Origin: Thermoanaerobaculia bacterium
GTDB lineage: Bacteria > Acidobacteriota > Thermoanaerobaculia > Multivoradales > UBA5704
Assembly (NCBI GenBank): GCA_044226625.1
Contig: JBGAGQ010000009.1
Coordinates: 1 to 64,000, forward strand
Length of the DNA stretch: 64,000 nt
Direction of reading: 5' to 3'
Below the pieces are notes generated by a model. It had not been told where the DNA came from, did not search any database, and saw only the letters and a list, made by a program, of their open reading frames with translations. The position numbers and the translations under genes were made by a program. Numbering within the stretch: position 1 is the stretch's first letter; every line of letters starts with the position of its first letter. Positions 48,581 to 57,742 of the stretch are shown here, piece after piece.

Positions 48581-48609
48581 CGCCCCGGGCCTCACCAAGG
48601 CCCGGGGCG
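48581..48609. terminator. Hairpin terminator between convergent genes
   Basis: 12-bp perfect stem CGCCCCGGGCCT-cacca-AGGCCCGGGGCG; only a short U run on the minus strand. Confidence 0.7.
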
Positions 48610-48643
48610 CGCACGATTCGTCCTCTCGGTTCGCGGGCCTTTC

Positions 48644-50581
48644 CTACCGCTTACTCACCAGGTAAGGAATCGCCGCCTTGATCGCGTCGCCGATGATCGC
48701 CCCGGCCTTCGAGTCGCCGGTCGTGTCGTCGGTGGTCCAGTCCTCGGTGAACATCGCGACGCTGAATTGGTGCGAGAGCGAGGTGTAGTCGCCCGAGCCG
48801 AAGTCCCAGTTCCAGGCGACGCCGATCCAGCTCTTCACTTTGTATTTGCCGCCGTCCTTGCCGCCCCAGGCCTGGAAGGCGCCGTTCGCGGGGGGCGCGT
48901 AGGAGTTGTTCTTGTCGAGCTCGCGGACGAGGTCCCCTTCGTCGAACACGGTAAGCAGGTCGTGGTCGGCGAGGCCGCGGAAGAAGCGCCCGACCTCGGC
49001 CGGGGTCACGGAGTTCGCGAGGGTGTTGTAGTAGAGGTCGTAGCGCGCGTCGTTCGAGACGCCCGAGTTGTTGACCTTCGTGAAGCAGGCCTTGTCGGCC
49101 GCGGTCGAGTAGGTCAGGTCGCCCGCGCGGAACCAGCTTTCGAAGCTGTGGCACGGCACCGAATAGACGCAGGCGTCGGCGTTGCCCTGGATCCGCTTGT
49201 CCACCGTGCAGATGCTGGTGATCTCTCCGACGTTCTGCATCGAGGCCTGCGAGGCGAGGAATTCGTTCACCGCGAGGCCACCATCGAAGTGCTCGATCAA
49301 ACCGAACAGTCGATCCGTCGAGCAACTGTCGCTGTTGTCGATCATGTGGTCCAGGTACGTCGCGATCGTTTGATTGTCGCCGATGTCCGCCTTGGTGAAT
49401 CCGCGGGTCGTCTCGCCGCGCCAGTCGCCGGTGCGCAGCTGATAAAGGTCGCCCGCCGCGAGCTCGGGCATCGTGACCTCCTTGGCGGCGATGAACGTCT
49501 TCGCGGCCGAGGCGAGATAGAACGGCTCGTTCGGATTGAACGCGATCCAGTGGCCGGTGGTGAGGTCCTCGATGTAGAAGCCGACGGAGCCTTTTCGCCC
49601 GTCGCTTCCGTTCGTCGTGTATTCGACGAGCTTCGATTTCAGTTGATCGATCGCGGCGCCGCTCAAGGCCACGTTACCGGTGAGGACGTTCCTCGCCTGA
49701 CGCCGGATCCAGATCCCCGAGAAACGCAGCTCCGAGCCGACATAGTAGGCGTCGAGGTCCACCTCGAGGTAGTTGGCTTTCTTCTGCTCGATGATCGCGC
49801 CCTGCATCTGCGCGGCGGTCCGATCGCGCAAAGAGATCCAGCCGTCGATGCCGCTCTCGCGTACCCAAAGGCCGGCGTAGCGCAGACCCGCGGAGGTCGG
49901 ATAGGCGGCGATGTCGACCGGCCGATAGCCAGCGTTCTTATAGAAGGTCCACCAGGAGCTGTAGTCCGCCGAGGTGAGATCGCGCTTGTAGCCGAAATCG
50001 GTCAAGCCGTCCTGGACCCAGACCGCGGCGTAATAGGTCGTGCTTCCCACGCGATAGCCGTTCACCCGGATCGGGCGGAAGCGCTGCCCGGCGTACTCGG
50101 CCATTTTCGCGTCCAATTGCGCGAGGGTGAGGATGCGGTGCGACTTGAACGGCTTCGTGCCCCCCTGCTCCTTGATCCAGATCGCGTTGTAATAGGGCGT
50201 CCCGGAGACGACGTGGGCATCGAGGTCGAGCACCCGGAAGCCCTGGCCGATCAGCTGATCCCACAGCGACTGATAGGCGGCAGCGGTCAGACCGCGCTTC
50301 GAGGTCCAGGCGGTGATACTCGAATCCTTGTGCCAGAGACCGCTGTAGCGCGTCGCGGCGCCCGATCGCTCGACGCCCGAAAGATTCACCGGCGCGTAAC
50401 CGAGATCCCGCCAATGCGTCCAGGCCGCGCTGTAGGAAGAATCGGCCACCCCGCCGACCTCCTGGCCAAAGACGACCGGATTGCCGGCCCAAGGTCCAAC
50501 GGCGAGCGCGGGCGAAGCCGCGAGAACTAGCGCCGCCGCGACAGCTCCTCGACGGCAACGGGAAAGAATGTTCTGGAACAT
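48644..50581 (-). CDS. Secreted serine hydrolase: five BTRD1 (polyglycine-hydrolase-like) repeats plus class A beta-lactamase-like domain
   Basis: AGGAGG RBS; signal peptide; five ~50-aa repeats (GYRP..I..Y......YA.LW); FYLASAAK (SxxK), MIDNSDS, NSVTP and GKDG motifs. Confidence 0.85.
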   Translation of the reverse strand: MFQNILSRCRRGAVAAALVLAASPALAVGPWAGNPVVFGQEVGGVADSSYSAAWTHWRDLGYAPVNLSGVERSGAATRYSGLWHKDSSITAWTSKRGLTAAAYQSLWDQLIGQGFRVLDLDAHVVSGTPYYNAIWIKEQGGTKPFKSHRILTLAQLDAKMAEYAGQRFRPIRVNGYRVGSTTYYAAVWVQDGLTDFGYKRDLTSADYSSWWTFYKNAGYRPVDIAAYPTSAGLRYAGLWVRESGIDGWISLRDRTAAQMQGAIIEQKKANYLEVDLDAYYVGSELRFSGIWIRRQARNVLTGNVALSGAAIDQLKSKLVEYTTNGSDGRKGSVGFYIEDLTTGHWIAFNPNEPFYLASAAKTFIAAKEVTMPELAAGDLYQLRTGDWRGETTRGFTKADIGDNQTIATYLDHMIDNSDSCSTDRLFGLIEHFDGGLAVNEFLASQASMQNVGEITSICTVDKRIQGNADACVYSVPCHSFESWFRAGDLTYSTAADKACFTKVNNSGVSNDARYDLYYNTLANSVTPAEVGRFFRGLADHDLLTVFDEGDLVRELDKNNSYAPPANGAFQAWGGKDGGKYKVKSWIGVAWNWDFGSGDYTSLSHQFSVAMFTEDWTTDDTTGDSKAGAIIGDAIKAAIPYLVSKR

Positions 50582-50826
50582 GGCGTCCTCCTGATTTCGT
50601 CGAGGCCCGGTGCGGGTCTCGTTGCGTTCAGGAGGAGGAACGGACGCCAACGGGCGATTCCCTCACCCAATGGCCAAAATTCCCAAAGCCCCGTTGATTC
50701 CCTTGGGCTTCCTGGCCGGCGCGACGCTTGACCAATGGTAATTCGAGGGTACAGGCAAAATTTGACTCGAAACAATAACTTAATAAAGAATCCGAAGAGA
50801 AGCCGAGATCCGATCGCCTGCAAGAC

Positions 50827-51129
50827 TCAACGCCCGCGCCAGTACTCCGGACGCCTCTTCTGATGAGCGACGGCGACAACCTGGATTCTCCCGCGGGGAT
50901 CCAGTCGGTAGATCAGGTCGAAGGGGTAGCGATTTGGAAAAACATAGTGCCGGCAGCCCTTACGGCGAACGGGCCATCGCTCGGGAGCTTCCATGACCGC
51001 GGCGACCGCCTGATCGACCGCCAATACGAAGCCGTGCGCCGCGAGCGGACTCCGCTCCGCGTACCAAGCCTTTGCTTCGTTGGCATCCGCGATCGCATCG
51101 GGATGCCAATCGGGCTCACTCGAAGCCAT
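50827..51129 (-). CDS. RelE/ParE family toxin
   Basis: HPDA..DA.EA..WY..RS, PERWP, YPF.LIYR and VAVAHQKRRP.YW motifs. Confidence 0.9.
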   Translation of the reverse strand: MASSEPDWHPDAIADANEAKAWYAERSPLAAHGFVLAVDQAVAAVMEAPERWPVRRKGCRHYVFPNRYPFDLIYRLDPRGRIQVVAVAHQKRRPEYWRGR

Positions 51130-51340
51130 CGAAAAGGCGCTTGCGGACCTCGGACCAGGGCGTCATCTCGACGGCTCCTTCGTCGATCTGGCGAACTCGG
51201 CGATCGATCTCTGGGTCCCATGCCGCTTGAGCGTCCGGATCGGCCCTTGGCTCGAGGCTCTCGATCAGCGCGCCGGCGATGGCGGCACGGGCCTTCTCGT
51301 CCAGCATCAGCGCTTGTTCCAGAAGCAGCTCAACGGTCAT
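51116..51340 (-). CDS. Addiction-module antitoxin (TIGR02574-like)
   Basis: AL.LDEKARA.IA..LIESL and AW..EIDRR...IDEG.V...PWSEV motifs; overlaps the toxin. Confidence 0.9.
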   Translation of the reverse strand: MTVELLLEQALMLDEKARAAIAGALIESLEPRADPDAQAAWDPEIDRRVRQIDEGAVEMTPWSEVRKRLFDGFE

Positions 51341-51442
51341 GACGACATCATACGCCTCCCGGCGCCCCCGGACCTCCCCCGGAAACCCCTGTGCTACGCT
51401 CCCGGCCGGTCGCTTCCGCCGTCCCATCCGAGAGGGTGATTC

Positions 51443-52018
51443 GTGCCAGATCGTTCTTCCGCCGACCCGGCCCTACCCCCCGACGAGCGCCCTGTCGGCG
51501 AGCCGGATTACGCCCGGCTGCGTAACGATTTGGCGAAGGCCGTCGCCAAGGTCTGTCCGGGATGGCTTGCGGATCGACGCGACGATCTGGTCCAAGCTTC
51601 CCTGATCAAAGTGATGGAACTTTCCCGGCGTCGCGCAGGACGTGAGGGAATGCCCGAGCTTTCTTCGTCATACCTGTACCGGGTGGCGCACAGCGCTCTC
51701 GTGGACGAGATCCGCGCCCGGAGGAGGAGGCACGAGGTGAGTCTCGAGGACGACGAAAGCCAGCACGCGGCAACTCCCGCCCACACCCCCGATCCCGCGG
51801 CCACATCGGCCGCCGCCGAGGTCGGGCGCGCGATCCGAGACTGCCTGGGCCAGATGGTCCGCGACCGGCGGCTCGCCGTCGCGCTCTATCTTCAAGGACA
51901 CGGCGTGCCCGACGCCTCGCATCTCCTTTCCTGGTCGGCGAAGCGCACCGAGAACCTGGTCTATCGAGGCCTGTCCGACCTGCGCCGATGCCTGTCCGAC
52001 AAGGGGCTCGCGCCATGA
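51443..52018 (+). CDS. ECF sigma factor (CHAT-linked)
   Basis: DDLVQASLIK and YLYRVAHSALVDEIR (sigma2); LYLQGH....ASHLL.W..KRTENLVYRGL.DLRRCL (sigma4). Confidence 0.9.
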   Translation: MPDRSSADPALPPDERPVGEPDYARLRNDLAKAVAKVCPGWLADRRDDLVQASLIKVMELSRRRAGREGMPELSSSYLYRVAHSALVDEIRARRRRHEVSLEDDESQHAATPAHTPDPAATSAAAEVGRAIRDCLGQMVRDRRLAVALYLQGHGVPDASHLLSWSAKRTENLVYRGLSDLRRCLSDKGLAP

Positions 52019-52758
52019 TCGAGAACGCCCCGGGCATCGAGCGCCTACGCCGCGCCTTTTCGACCTACGAGGGACCGGGCGCCACGGAGCCGATCGGCGA
52101 CGTGCCGATCGACGCCGAGCGGATCTACCTCGCCGCCGCGGGCGAGCTGCCGGAGGAGGAGCGCCGGGCGGTGATCGACCAGGTCGCGACGAACGCCGAG
52201 GCCGCCGAGGTCTGGCGCCTCGCGGTCGAGCTGCAGCGGCTCGAAGCGAAGAGCGCACTCGAACCGATGGAAGAGGACGAGCGGCAAGCCGAGCGCGCGC
52301 CGGGGCCGCTACCGCCCGCCGAGGTGCTCCCCTTCCGCCGCCCCGCCCCCGCGGCCCCGTCGCGCCGACGGCTCTATTCGGCGCTCGCCGCGCTGCTCGC
52401 CGCGACGATCGGTTTGGGGCTCTGGATGCAGATGCACGCTCCGGCCCCCACGCTCCGCGGAGGCGAATCCGCGCTCTCGGCGACGGTGGCCGACGGTTCG
52501 CGCCTGCCGCGCGAGGCGTTTCGCCTTTCGTGGAAGGCGGCCCCGGGCTCCCGCGTGCGCTATACCGTGCGGGTGACCACCGAGGCCTTGGATCCCGTCG
52601 CGACGGGTCGGGATCTGGAGCGGACGACCTATCAGGTACCGGCCGCGGCGCTCGCGGAGTTCCCCGCCGGCACCCGCCTGCTCTGGCAGGTGGAATCGCG
52701 CAACGACGAGGGAGCGACCGCGAGCTCGCCTACCTATTCCGTCGAAATCTCCCCCTGA
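52015..52758 (+). CDS. Putative membrane anti-sigma factor with degenerate zinc motif and extracytoplasmic Ig-like domain
   Basis: ATGA overlap with the sigma gene; anti-sigma-like N-terminus (GELP.EERRAVID...AEVWRLA); TM; LRG motif; beta-sandwich-like C-terminus. Confidence 0.75.
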   Translation: MIENAPGIERLRRAFSTYEGPGATEPIGDVPIDAERIYLAAAGELPEEERRAVIDQVATNAEAAEVWRLAVELQRLEAKSALEPMEEDERQAERAPGPLPPAEVLPFRRPAPAAPSRRRLYSALAALLAATIGLGLWMQMHAPAPTLRGGESALSATVADGSRLPREAFRLSWKAAPGSRVRYTVRVTTEALDPVATGRDLERTTYQVPAAALAEFPAGTRLLWQVESRNDEGATASSPTYSVEISP

Positions 52759-52777
52759 CCGCGGGCGCGCCCGCTTG

Positions 52778-52806
52778 GAGTGAGGGAAACGCCTTCGACC
52801 GAACGT
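52778..52806 (+). promoter_or_regulatory. Candidate ECF-type promoter upstream of the secreted protein gene
   Basis: GTGAGGG-N15-AACGT arrangement just after the anti-sigma stop; judged by eye only. Confidence 0.25.
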
Positions 52807-52844
52807 TGGAAGCGAAGAACGTGCAATTCTTGGGAGATCGAAAG

Positions 52845-53396
52845 ATGACCACCTGCTCGCCTGCTTCGCACCCGTTCCGTCACCTCGGCCGTGTTCTCGC
52901 GCTCGCCGGTTTCGCCTTCGCCCTTCCGGCCCTAGCGGCCGCTCAGGTCCACCTCCGTTCGACCGCGACGAGCGGGCTCTTCACGCTCCTGCCCAAGCAG
53001 ACGCTGCGCCTCCATCTGGTCGACGTCGGCAAGCTGTCGCCGACGGCCACCTCCGCACGGATCGAGCTTCGCGACGAGAGGGGCACCCTCCTCGGCTTTC
53101 GGTCGACGACCAACTTGAGGCCCGGGGCGGCGATCCATCTCGTGCTCCGGTCCACGAGCCTGCTCGGCAGCCGGCCGTCCCTGTACGTCCGAGCGATCGC
53201 GATCACGGAGACCGAGGCCGACAACCTCGCGAGCTCGCCGATCTTCTCCCTCGACGCCCAGCCCGAAGGTCCGGACAACCTGACCATCCCGGTTTCGCCT
53301 CCCTGCCCGATGTTCACCATGACGGACCCGCCGACGCCGCAGGGTTCGCAACGCGACTGCGGAGGCGGACTGCTGGTCCAAATCCTGGTTCCCTGA
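52845..53396 (+). CDS. Secreted hypothetical protein
   Basis: GGGAG RBS; signal peptide ending AAA|Q; beta-rich mature part with a C-terminal Cys pair. Confidence 0.75.
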   Translation: MTTCSPASHPFRHLGRVLALAGFAFALPALAAAQVHLRSTATSGLFTLLPKQTLRLHLVDVGKLSPTATSARIELRDERGTLLGFRSTTNLRPGAAIHLVLRSTSLLGSRPSLYVRAIAITETEADNLASSPIFSLDAQPEGPDNLTIPVSPPCPMFTMTDPPTPQGSQRDCGGGLLVQILVP

Positions 53397-53450
53397 CTCG
53401 CATAAAGGCTCAAGGGCCGGGGCGAGCTCTGGGATCCGCGAGATCCACGG

Positions 53451-56174
53451 ATGACCGAGCACTTCGGAGAGAACCGGCCCGGCGCCTCGAGGGACGCCGG
53501 GCCGTTCGCTTGGAACCCCAGGGCCGGCCGATGCGCGGGCCCGATCTCCGTCTCGATCTTTCTCTGGGCCTCACAGGCCGCGTTCGCGACGGTCACGCCC
53601 CCCGATCCATTCGCCCCCTGCCGCGAGCAGATCCGGAAGGCGCCGGAAGCGGACACCTCGTATCTCTGCTTCTACGACGCGGCGAGCGCCGCGAACCGAT
53701 TCGCCGACGCCGATGCTCAACTCGAACGAATCGCTCGAGGCGAGCACGGCGGGCCGGGACCGGTCGGCGCCGCCTGGGCGCTGCTGGTGCGCGGCTACAT
53801 CGCGCTCGACGCTCTCGGCCGGGACGAGGACCGCGCGCTCCCTATCCTGCGTGAGGCGGCGGCCCGCTTCTCCCGCCTCGCGGTGCCGGCAGGCGAGGTC
53901 AAGGCGCGCGCCAACTTGAGGAACGTCCTCGCCCGGCGCGGTGAGACCGCAGCGGCGGCCAAGGAAACCGCCCGCGCGCTCGCCGCCGCCGAGCGGTCGA
54001 AGGACCCCGATCTGCTCGCCTTCGCCCTGATCCTCGAAGCCCATCAGCTGATGGAGGCCGGGGGCGACCTCACGCACGCGACCCAAAGCTTGAATCGCGC
54101 GGAGGCGTTGGTCTTCCCCGACGGCAACCCGAGGCGCCAACAGAGCTGCCTCGAAGCGCTCGCGGGGTTGAGCTTCCGTCTCGGCCGCTACGATCGGGCG
54201 GGCGACTACTACCGTCGTCTCGCGGCCATTTACGAGGGCGTGAAGAACGGCCTCGGCCAGGCGACCGCGACCTACAGCCTGGCGTTGACCCGACAGCGGG
54301 AGCTCGAAGAGCTCCCCGAACCGGGGGGCCTCGAAGAGGTCGAGACGCTCGCTCTCCAGGCGCTCGCCCTCTCGCGCGCGGCGGGAGCGAAGGAGATCGA
54401 GCAGCGCAGCCTGCAACTCGTCGGCGAGAACGAGCGGGCGCGCGGCCGCCCCGAGCGGGCGCGCGAGGTGCTGCTCGAAAGCCTCGCCCTCGCGAGAGAC
54501 CTCGGCCAGCCGGAGAGGATTTCGGACACCCTCTGGTCGCTCGCGCACCTCTCCAAAGGCGAGGAAGCCGCGAGCTACGCCAGGCAGGCGACCGCGGCGA
54601 TCCAGGCGATCGGCGATCCGCGATCGCTCGCGATCTCTTGGCAAGGGAAGATGCGGGTCGACTGGCGTACCCTGCCGCGCGAGGTCGCGATCGCCCATTG
54701 CTTCGAGGCGCTCGCGGCGATCGAGGCGCTACGCCGGTTCCAGCCCGAGGAGGAGAGCCGGGTCGGGCTCTTCTCCGCCTGGACCCAGAACTACCGCTGG
54801 CTCGCCGGCCGCCTGCTCGAAGGAGCCTCCCCCGACCTGCCGCGCGCGTTCGCGGTCATGGAGCGGATGCGCGGTCGCTTCCTTTTGGAGAGCCTGGTGA
54901 CCTCGGCCGCGGCACCGAACGGGGCGGAAAAACCCCGCGGGGCCGCGGCCGCGCTGTCGGGCGAGGCGGCGTCTCTCGACGCGGTGCGCAGGACGCTCGC
55001 CGACGACGAGGCCCTGCTCCTGTTCCAGCTCGGGTCGTGGCGCGATCTCTACGGCGATTTCGCCGGAGGCTCCTGGGCGATCGTCCTCACCCGACGGGAG
55101 ATTCAGGTCGAGCGACTGCCGGGCCGAGCCGAGATCGAGGCGCTTCTGCCGCTCTTTCTCGGCCTGATCGAGCGGCGGGATGGGCGGGAAGGTCCCGCGG
55201 CGGCGCGGCTCGGCAAGATGCTGCTCGGTCGATCGCTCCGCTCCCTCCCCTCGACGGTTCGCCGGTTGATCCTGGTCCCTGACGGCGCGCTCTACAACCT
55301 GCCGTGGGACGCCCTGCGCGAGACGGCGGAGGGAACGCCGCTCGGCCTGCGCTACGAGCTCGCCCTCGCCCCCTCGGCGACCTTGTTCGCGCACTGGCGC
55401 TCGCTCCCCCGGAAAGCGGCGAGCCGCGGCGCGCTGGTGCTCGCAAATCCCGACCTTCCACCGTCCCGGAAAGAGTCCGATCCCGCCTACGGCCCTCTCC
55501 CCTACGCCCGAAAAGAAGGGGAGAACGTGGCGCGCCTCCTCCCCGGCAGCTCGCTTCGGACCGGCAAGGAGGCGACGCGCGGGGGGCTCTCGCGAACCGA
55601 TCTCTCGCCGTTCGCCGCGCTCCACCTTGCGGCGCACGCGATCGCCGACGGCGCGCATCCCGATCGATCGGCGGTCCTTCTCGCCGACGGATCGCTCGGA
55701 CCTCGGGACATCGTGGCGCTCCCCCTGGCGGGAAAGCTCGCGGTCCTCTCCGCCTGCCGGACGGCGGGGGGCGCCGTGATCTCCGGCGAGGGGACGATGA
55801 GCTTGGCGCGTGCGTTCTTCCAGGCCGGGGCGCGGACCGTCGTCGGCAGCCGCTGGATGCTCGCCGACGACGAGGCGGAACGGTTGTCCGCGAGCTTCTA
55901 TCGAGCCCTGAGCCGCGGCGCGACGGTAGGCAGCGCGCTCGCCGCTGCCCGGCGAGAGGCGGCGGACGACGGACTCCCCCCCGCCGCTTGGGCCGGCCTC
56001 GTCTTGATGGGCGATCCGGACCTCACCCTGCCGGCGGCCCTGCGACACCCCTCGCGGACACCGGTTCCCTGGCTACTCATCGGCTCGGGCCTGCTACTCG
56101 GCGTCGGCGCGGGCTTCCTCACGTCGCGAGCGCTCGAGCGGCGCGCCAGGGCACGCCAGAGCGCCGCGCACTGA
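53451..56174 (+). CDS. TPR-CHAT (caspase-like) protease, predicted exported and C-terminally membrane anchored
   Basis: Probable signal peptide; TPR helices; LILVPDGAL..LPW, HLAAHA (His), LSAC (Cys), LARAFFQAGA.TVVGSRW and WAG motifs; C-terminal TM plus basic tail. Confidence 0.92.
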   Translation: MTEHFGENRPGASRDAGPFAWNPRAGRCAGPISVSIFLWASQAAFATVTPPDPFAPCREQIRKAPEADTSYLCFYDAASAANRFADADAQLERIARGEHGGPGPVGAAWALLVRGYIALDALGRDEDRALPILREAAARFSRLAVPAGEVKARANLRNVLARRGETAAAAKETARALAAAERSKDPDLLAFALILEAHQLMEAGGDLTHATQSLNRAEALVFPDGNPRRQQSCLEALAGLSFRLGRYDRAGDYYRRLAAIYEGVKNGLGQATATYSLALTRQRELEELPEPGGLEEVETLALQALALSRAAGAKEIEQRSLQLVGENERARGRPERAREVLLESLALARDLGQPERISDTLWSLAHLSKGEEAASYARQATAAIQAIGDPRSLAISWQGKMRVDWRTLPREVAIAHCFEALAAIEALRRFQPEEESRVGLFSAWTQNYRWLAGRLLEGASPDLPRAFAVMERMRGRFLLESLVTSAAAPNGAEKPRGAAAALSGEAASLDAVRRTLADDEALLLFQLGSWRDLYGDFAGGSWAIVLTRREIQVERLPGRAEIEALLPLFLGLIERRDGREGPAAARLGKMLLGRSLRSLPSTVRRLILVPDGALYNLPWDALRETAEGTPLGLRYELALAPSATLFAHWRSLPRKAASRGALVLANPDLPPSRKESDPAYGPLPYARKEGENVARLLPGSSLRTGKEATRGGLSRTDLSPFAALHLAAHAIADGAHPDRSAVLLADGSLGPRDIVALPLAGKLAVLSACRTAGGAVISGEGTMSLARAFFQAGARTVVGSRWMLADDEAERLSASFYRALSRGATVGSALAAARREAADDGLPPAAWAGLVLMGDPDLTLPAALRHPSRTPVPWLLIGSGLLLGVGAGFLTSRALERRARARQSAAH

Positions 56175-56262
56175 AGGGCCCATCTTGCCCGCCTACCCGC
56201 CCGGATGGGTTCGGGTAACATGTGCGCCCTTTACGATTTCATTTTCCGAGGAGCCGCCTCCA

Positions 56263-56733
56263 ATGTCCCACCCTCAGCCCCTCCGCGGGTCGCTGCTTCG
56301 TCTCGCCCTCTTGCTGTCGACGGTGTGCGCCGTCCTGGCGTGCAGCCGTCAGGAAGAGTTCGATCGGATGTTCCATGAGCGGCTCGCCAAGCGCGCGCTC
56401 GCCTGCTTCCATCCCCTCGGCGACATCAAATCGGCCGGTCCGATCGAAATCGCGGCCGGCGACACGTTCCGAGGCACGATCTACTGGCAGGGCGGATTCT
56501 CCGGCAACGACTACCAGACGAGGATCGAGGCGAGGATCGGCTCGGAGGTCGCGACGATCCACCTGATCGAAGACACATCGCCGATCGCGGCCGCCGAAAC
56601 GACCTGTCTGATGCCCCTCGAAGAGGCCGCCGTCCCAGTTCACGCGGAGGATGATGGCGAGACGAGCGAGACGTCCGGCGAGGTGCCGGCCGAAACGTCG
56701 GGTCTCCCGGACGACGCGCCCCCTCCTCCGTAG
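56263..56733 (+). CDS. Hypothetical lipoprotein
   Basis: GAGGAG RBS; VLAC lipobox; acidic Pro-rich tail. Confidence 0.7.
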   Translation: MSHPQPLRGSLLRLALLLSTVCAVLACSRQEEFDRMFHERLAKRALACFHPLGDIKSAGPIEIAAGDTFRGTIYWQGGFSGNDYQTRIEARIGSEVATIHLIEDTSPIAAAETTCLMPLEEAAVPVHAEDDGETSETSGEVPAETSGLPDDAPPPP

Positions 56734-56739
56734 CGGGTC

Positions 56740-57666
56740 TCAGGGCTCGATCGGGGGCGCCGTCGCCACTTCTTTCTTCTTGCCGAGCACCTTGCGCAGC
56801 CAGGCTCCGATCGCCGCGATCCCGAGGATCACGAACTTCTTCGCCGCGAGTAGCCCGGCGAGCAGCGCTTTGAACAATCCGGTCTTCGCCGCGAGCGTGC
56901 CGAGCACCAACGCGCCCATGCCGTACTCGGCGACTTTGTCCTTGCCCGGGACGAAGTCGGCGTACCGATGGCCCGGATTGAACTCGACCGCCGGCAGGAG
57001 CTGCTGCATCGAGGTTCGGATCGACCCGAGCTGGTCGACCGAGGCGACCGCGTTCAGCACCAGGACGCCGCGCCGGCCGAGCACGCGGATGTTGTAGTTC
57101 AGCGTGTCGACGGGCGAGTCGCCGAATTTGATGTCTTTGGCCCAGTAGAGCTTGTTGCTCGTCTTGTCATAGTGCGGCGGCTCGGCCCAGCCGATCAGGT
57201 GGACCTCCTCGTAGCCGGCCTTGGTCCGCTCTTTGTTTTCCTCGGTCACGTCCTTCTTCATCTGGTCGAGCAGCTCGCCGTAGTTGATCTTCTCGGCGTC
57301 CTTGTCGTCCACGTAACCGTCCTCTTCGTACGTGATCACGACGCCCCAACCTTCGGGCGTGAGCGGGCTCGGCTCGGCGGGGAGGATCATGCCGAGGGTC
57401 TTCTCGCCCGGAGGGTTGCCCCATCCTTCGCTGAGCAGGCGGGCCGACTGGTCCGGGTCGAGATAGCGGAACCCGGGGCCGAGCTTGAACTTCGCCTTGC
57501 CGCCGGCGACCTCGACCGTTCCGGTCTGGTAGCGCAGCTCGGATTCGAGCTTCGCCGGATCGGGCTGCACGGCCGGCGGTTCCTGCGCCCAGGCGATCGC
57601 CGAGCCGGCCCCCATCGCCACGGCGAGACCTACAAAAGACAAACCTCGGGCAAACGTCCGTTTCAT
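56740..57666 (-). CDS. DUF2167 membrane-anchored protein
   Basis: WGNPP, GYVDDKDA..I.Y.ELL, GWAEPPHYD, LNYNIRVLGRRGVL and DKVAEYG motifs. Confidence 0.93.
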   Translation of the reverse strand: MKRTFARGLSFVGLAVAMGAGSAIAWAQEPPAVQPDPAKLESELRYQTGTVEVAGGKAKFKLGPGFRYLDPDQSARLLSEGWGNPPGEKTLGMILPAEPSPLTPEGWGVVITYEEDGYVDDKDAEKINYGELLDQMKKDVTEENKERTKAGYEEVHLIGWAEPPHYDKTSNKLYWAKDIKFGDSPVDTLNYNIRVLGRRGVLVLNAVASVDQLGSIRTSMQQLLPAVEFNPGHRYADFVPGKDKVAEYGMGALVLGTLAAKTGLFKALLAGLLAAKKFVILGIAAIGAWLRKVLGKKKEVATAPPIEP

Positions 57667-57742
57667 CGGCGCCTCCAATCGCTCCCTCGGATGATTCAAC
57701 CTGAAGACTGGACCCGAAAGTATCCGCGGCGTTGAGAGCCCG

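Noticed and set aside
48644-50581. Antibiotic-resistance beta-lactamase call
   Set aside because: SDN and KTG motifs are altered and a large repeat domain is fused; resistance cannot be supported.
53451-56174. Type III-E Craspase (Csx29) assignment
   Set aside because: No Cas7-11, Csx30/31 or array in the window; the protein has export and membrane-anchor signals.
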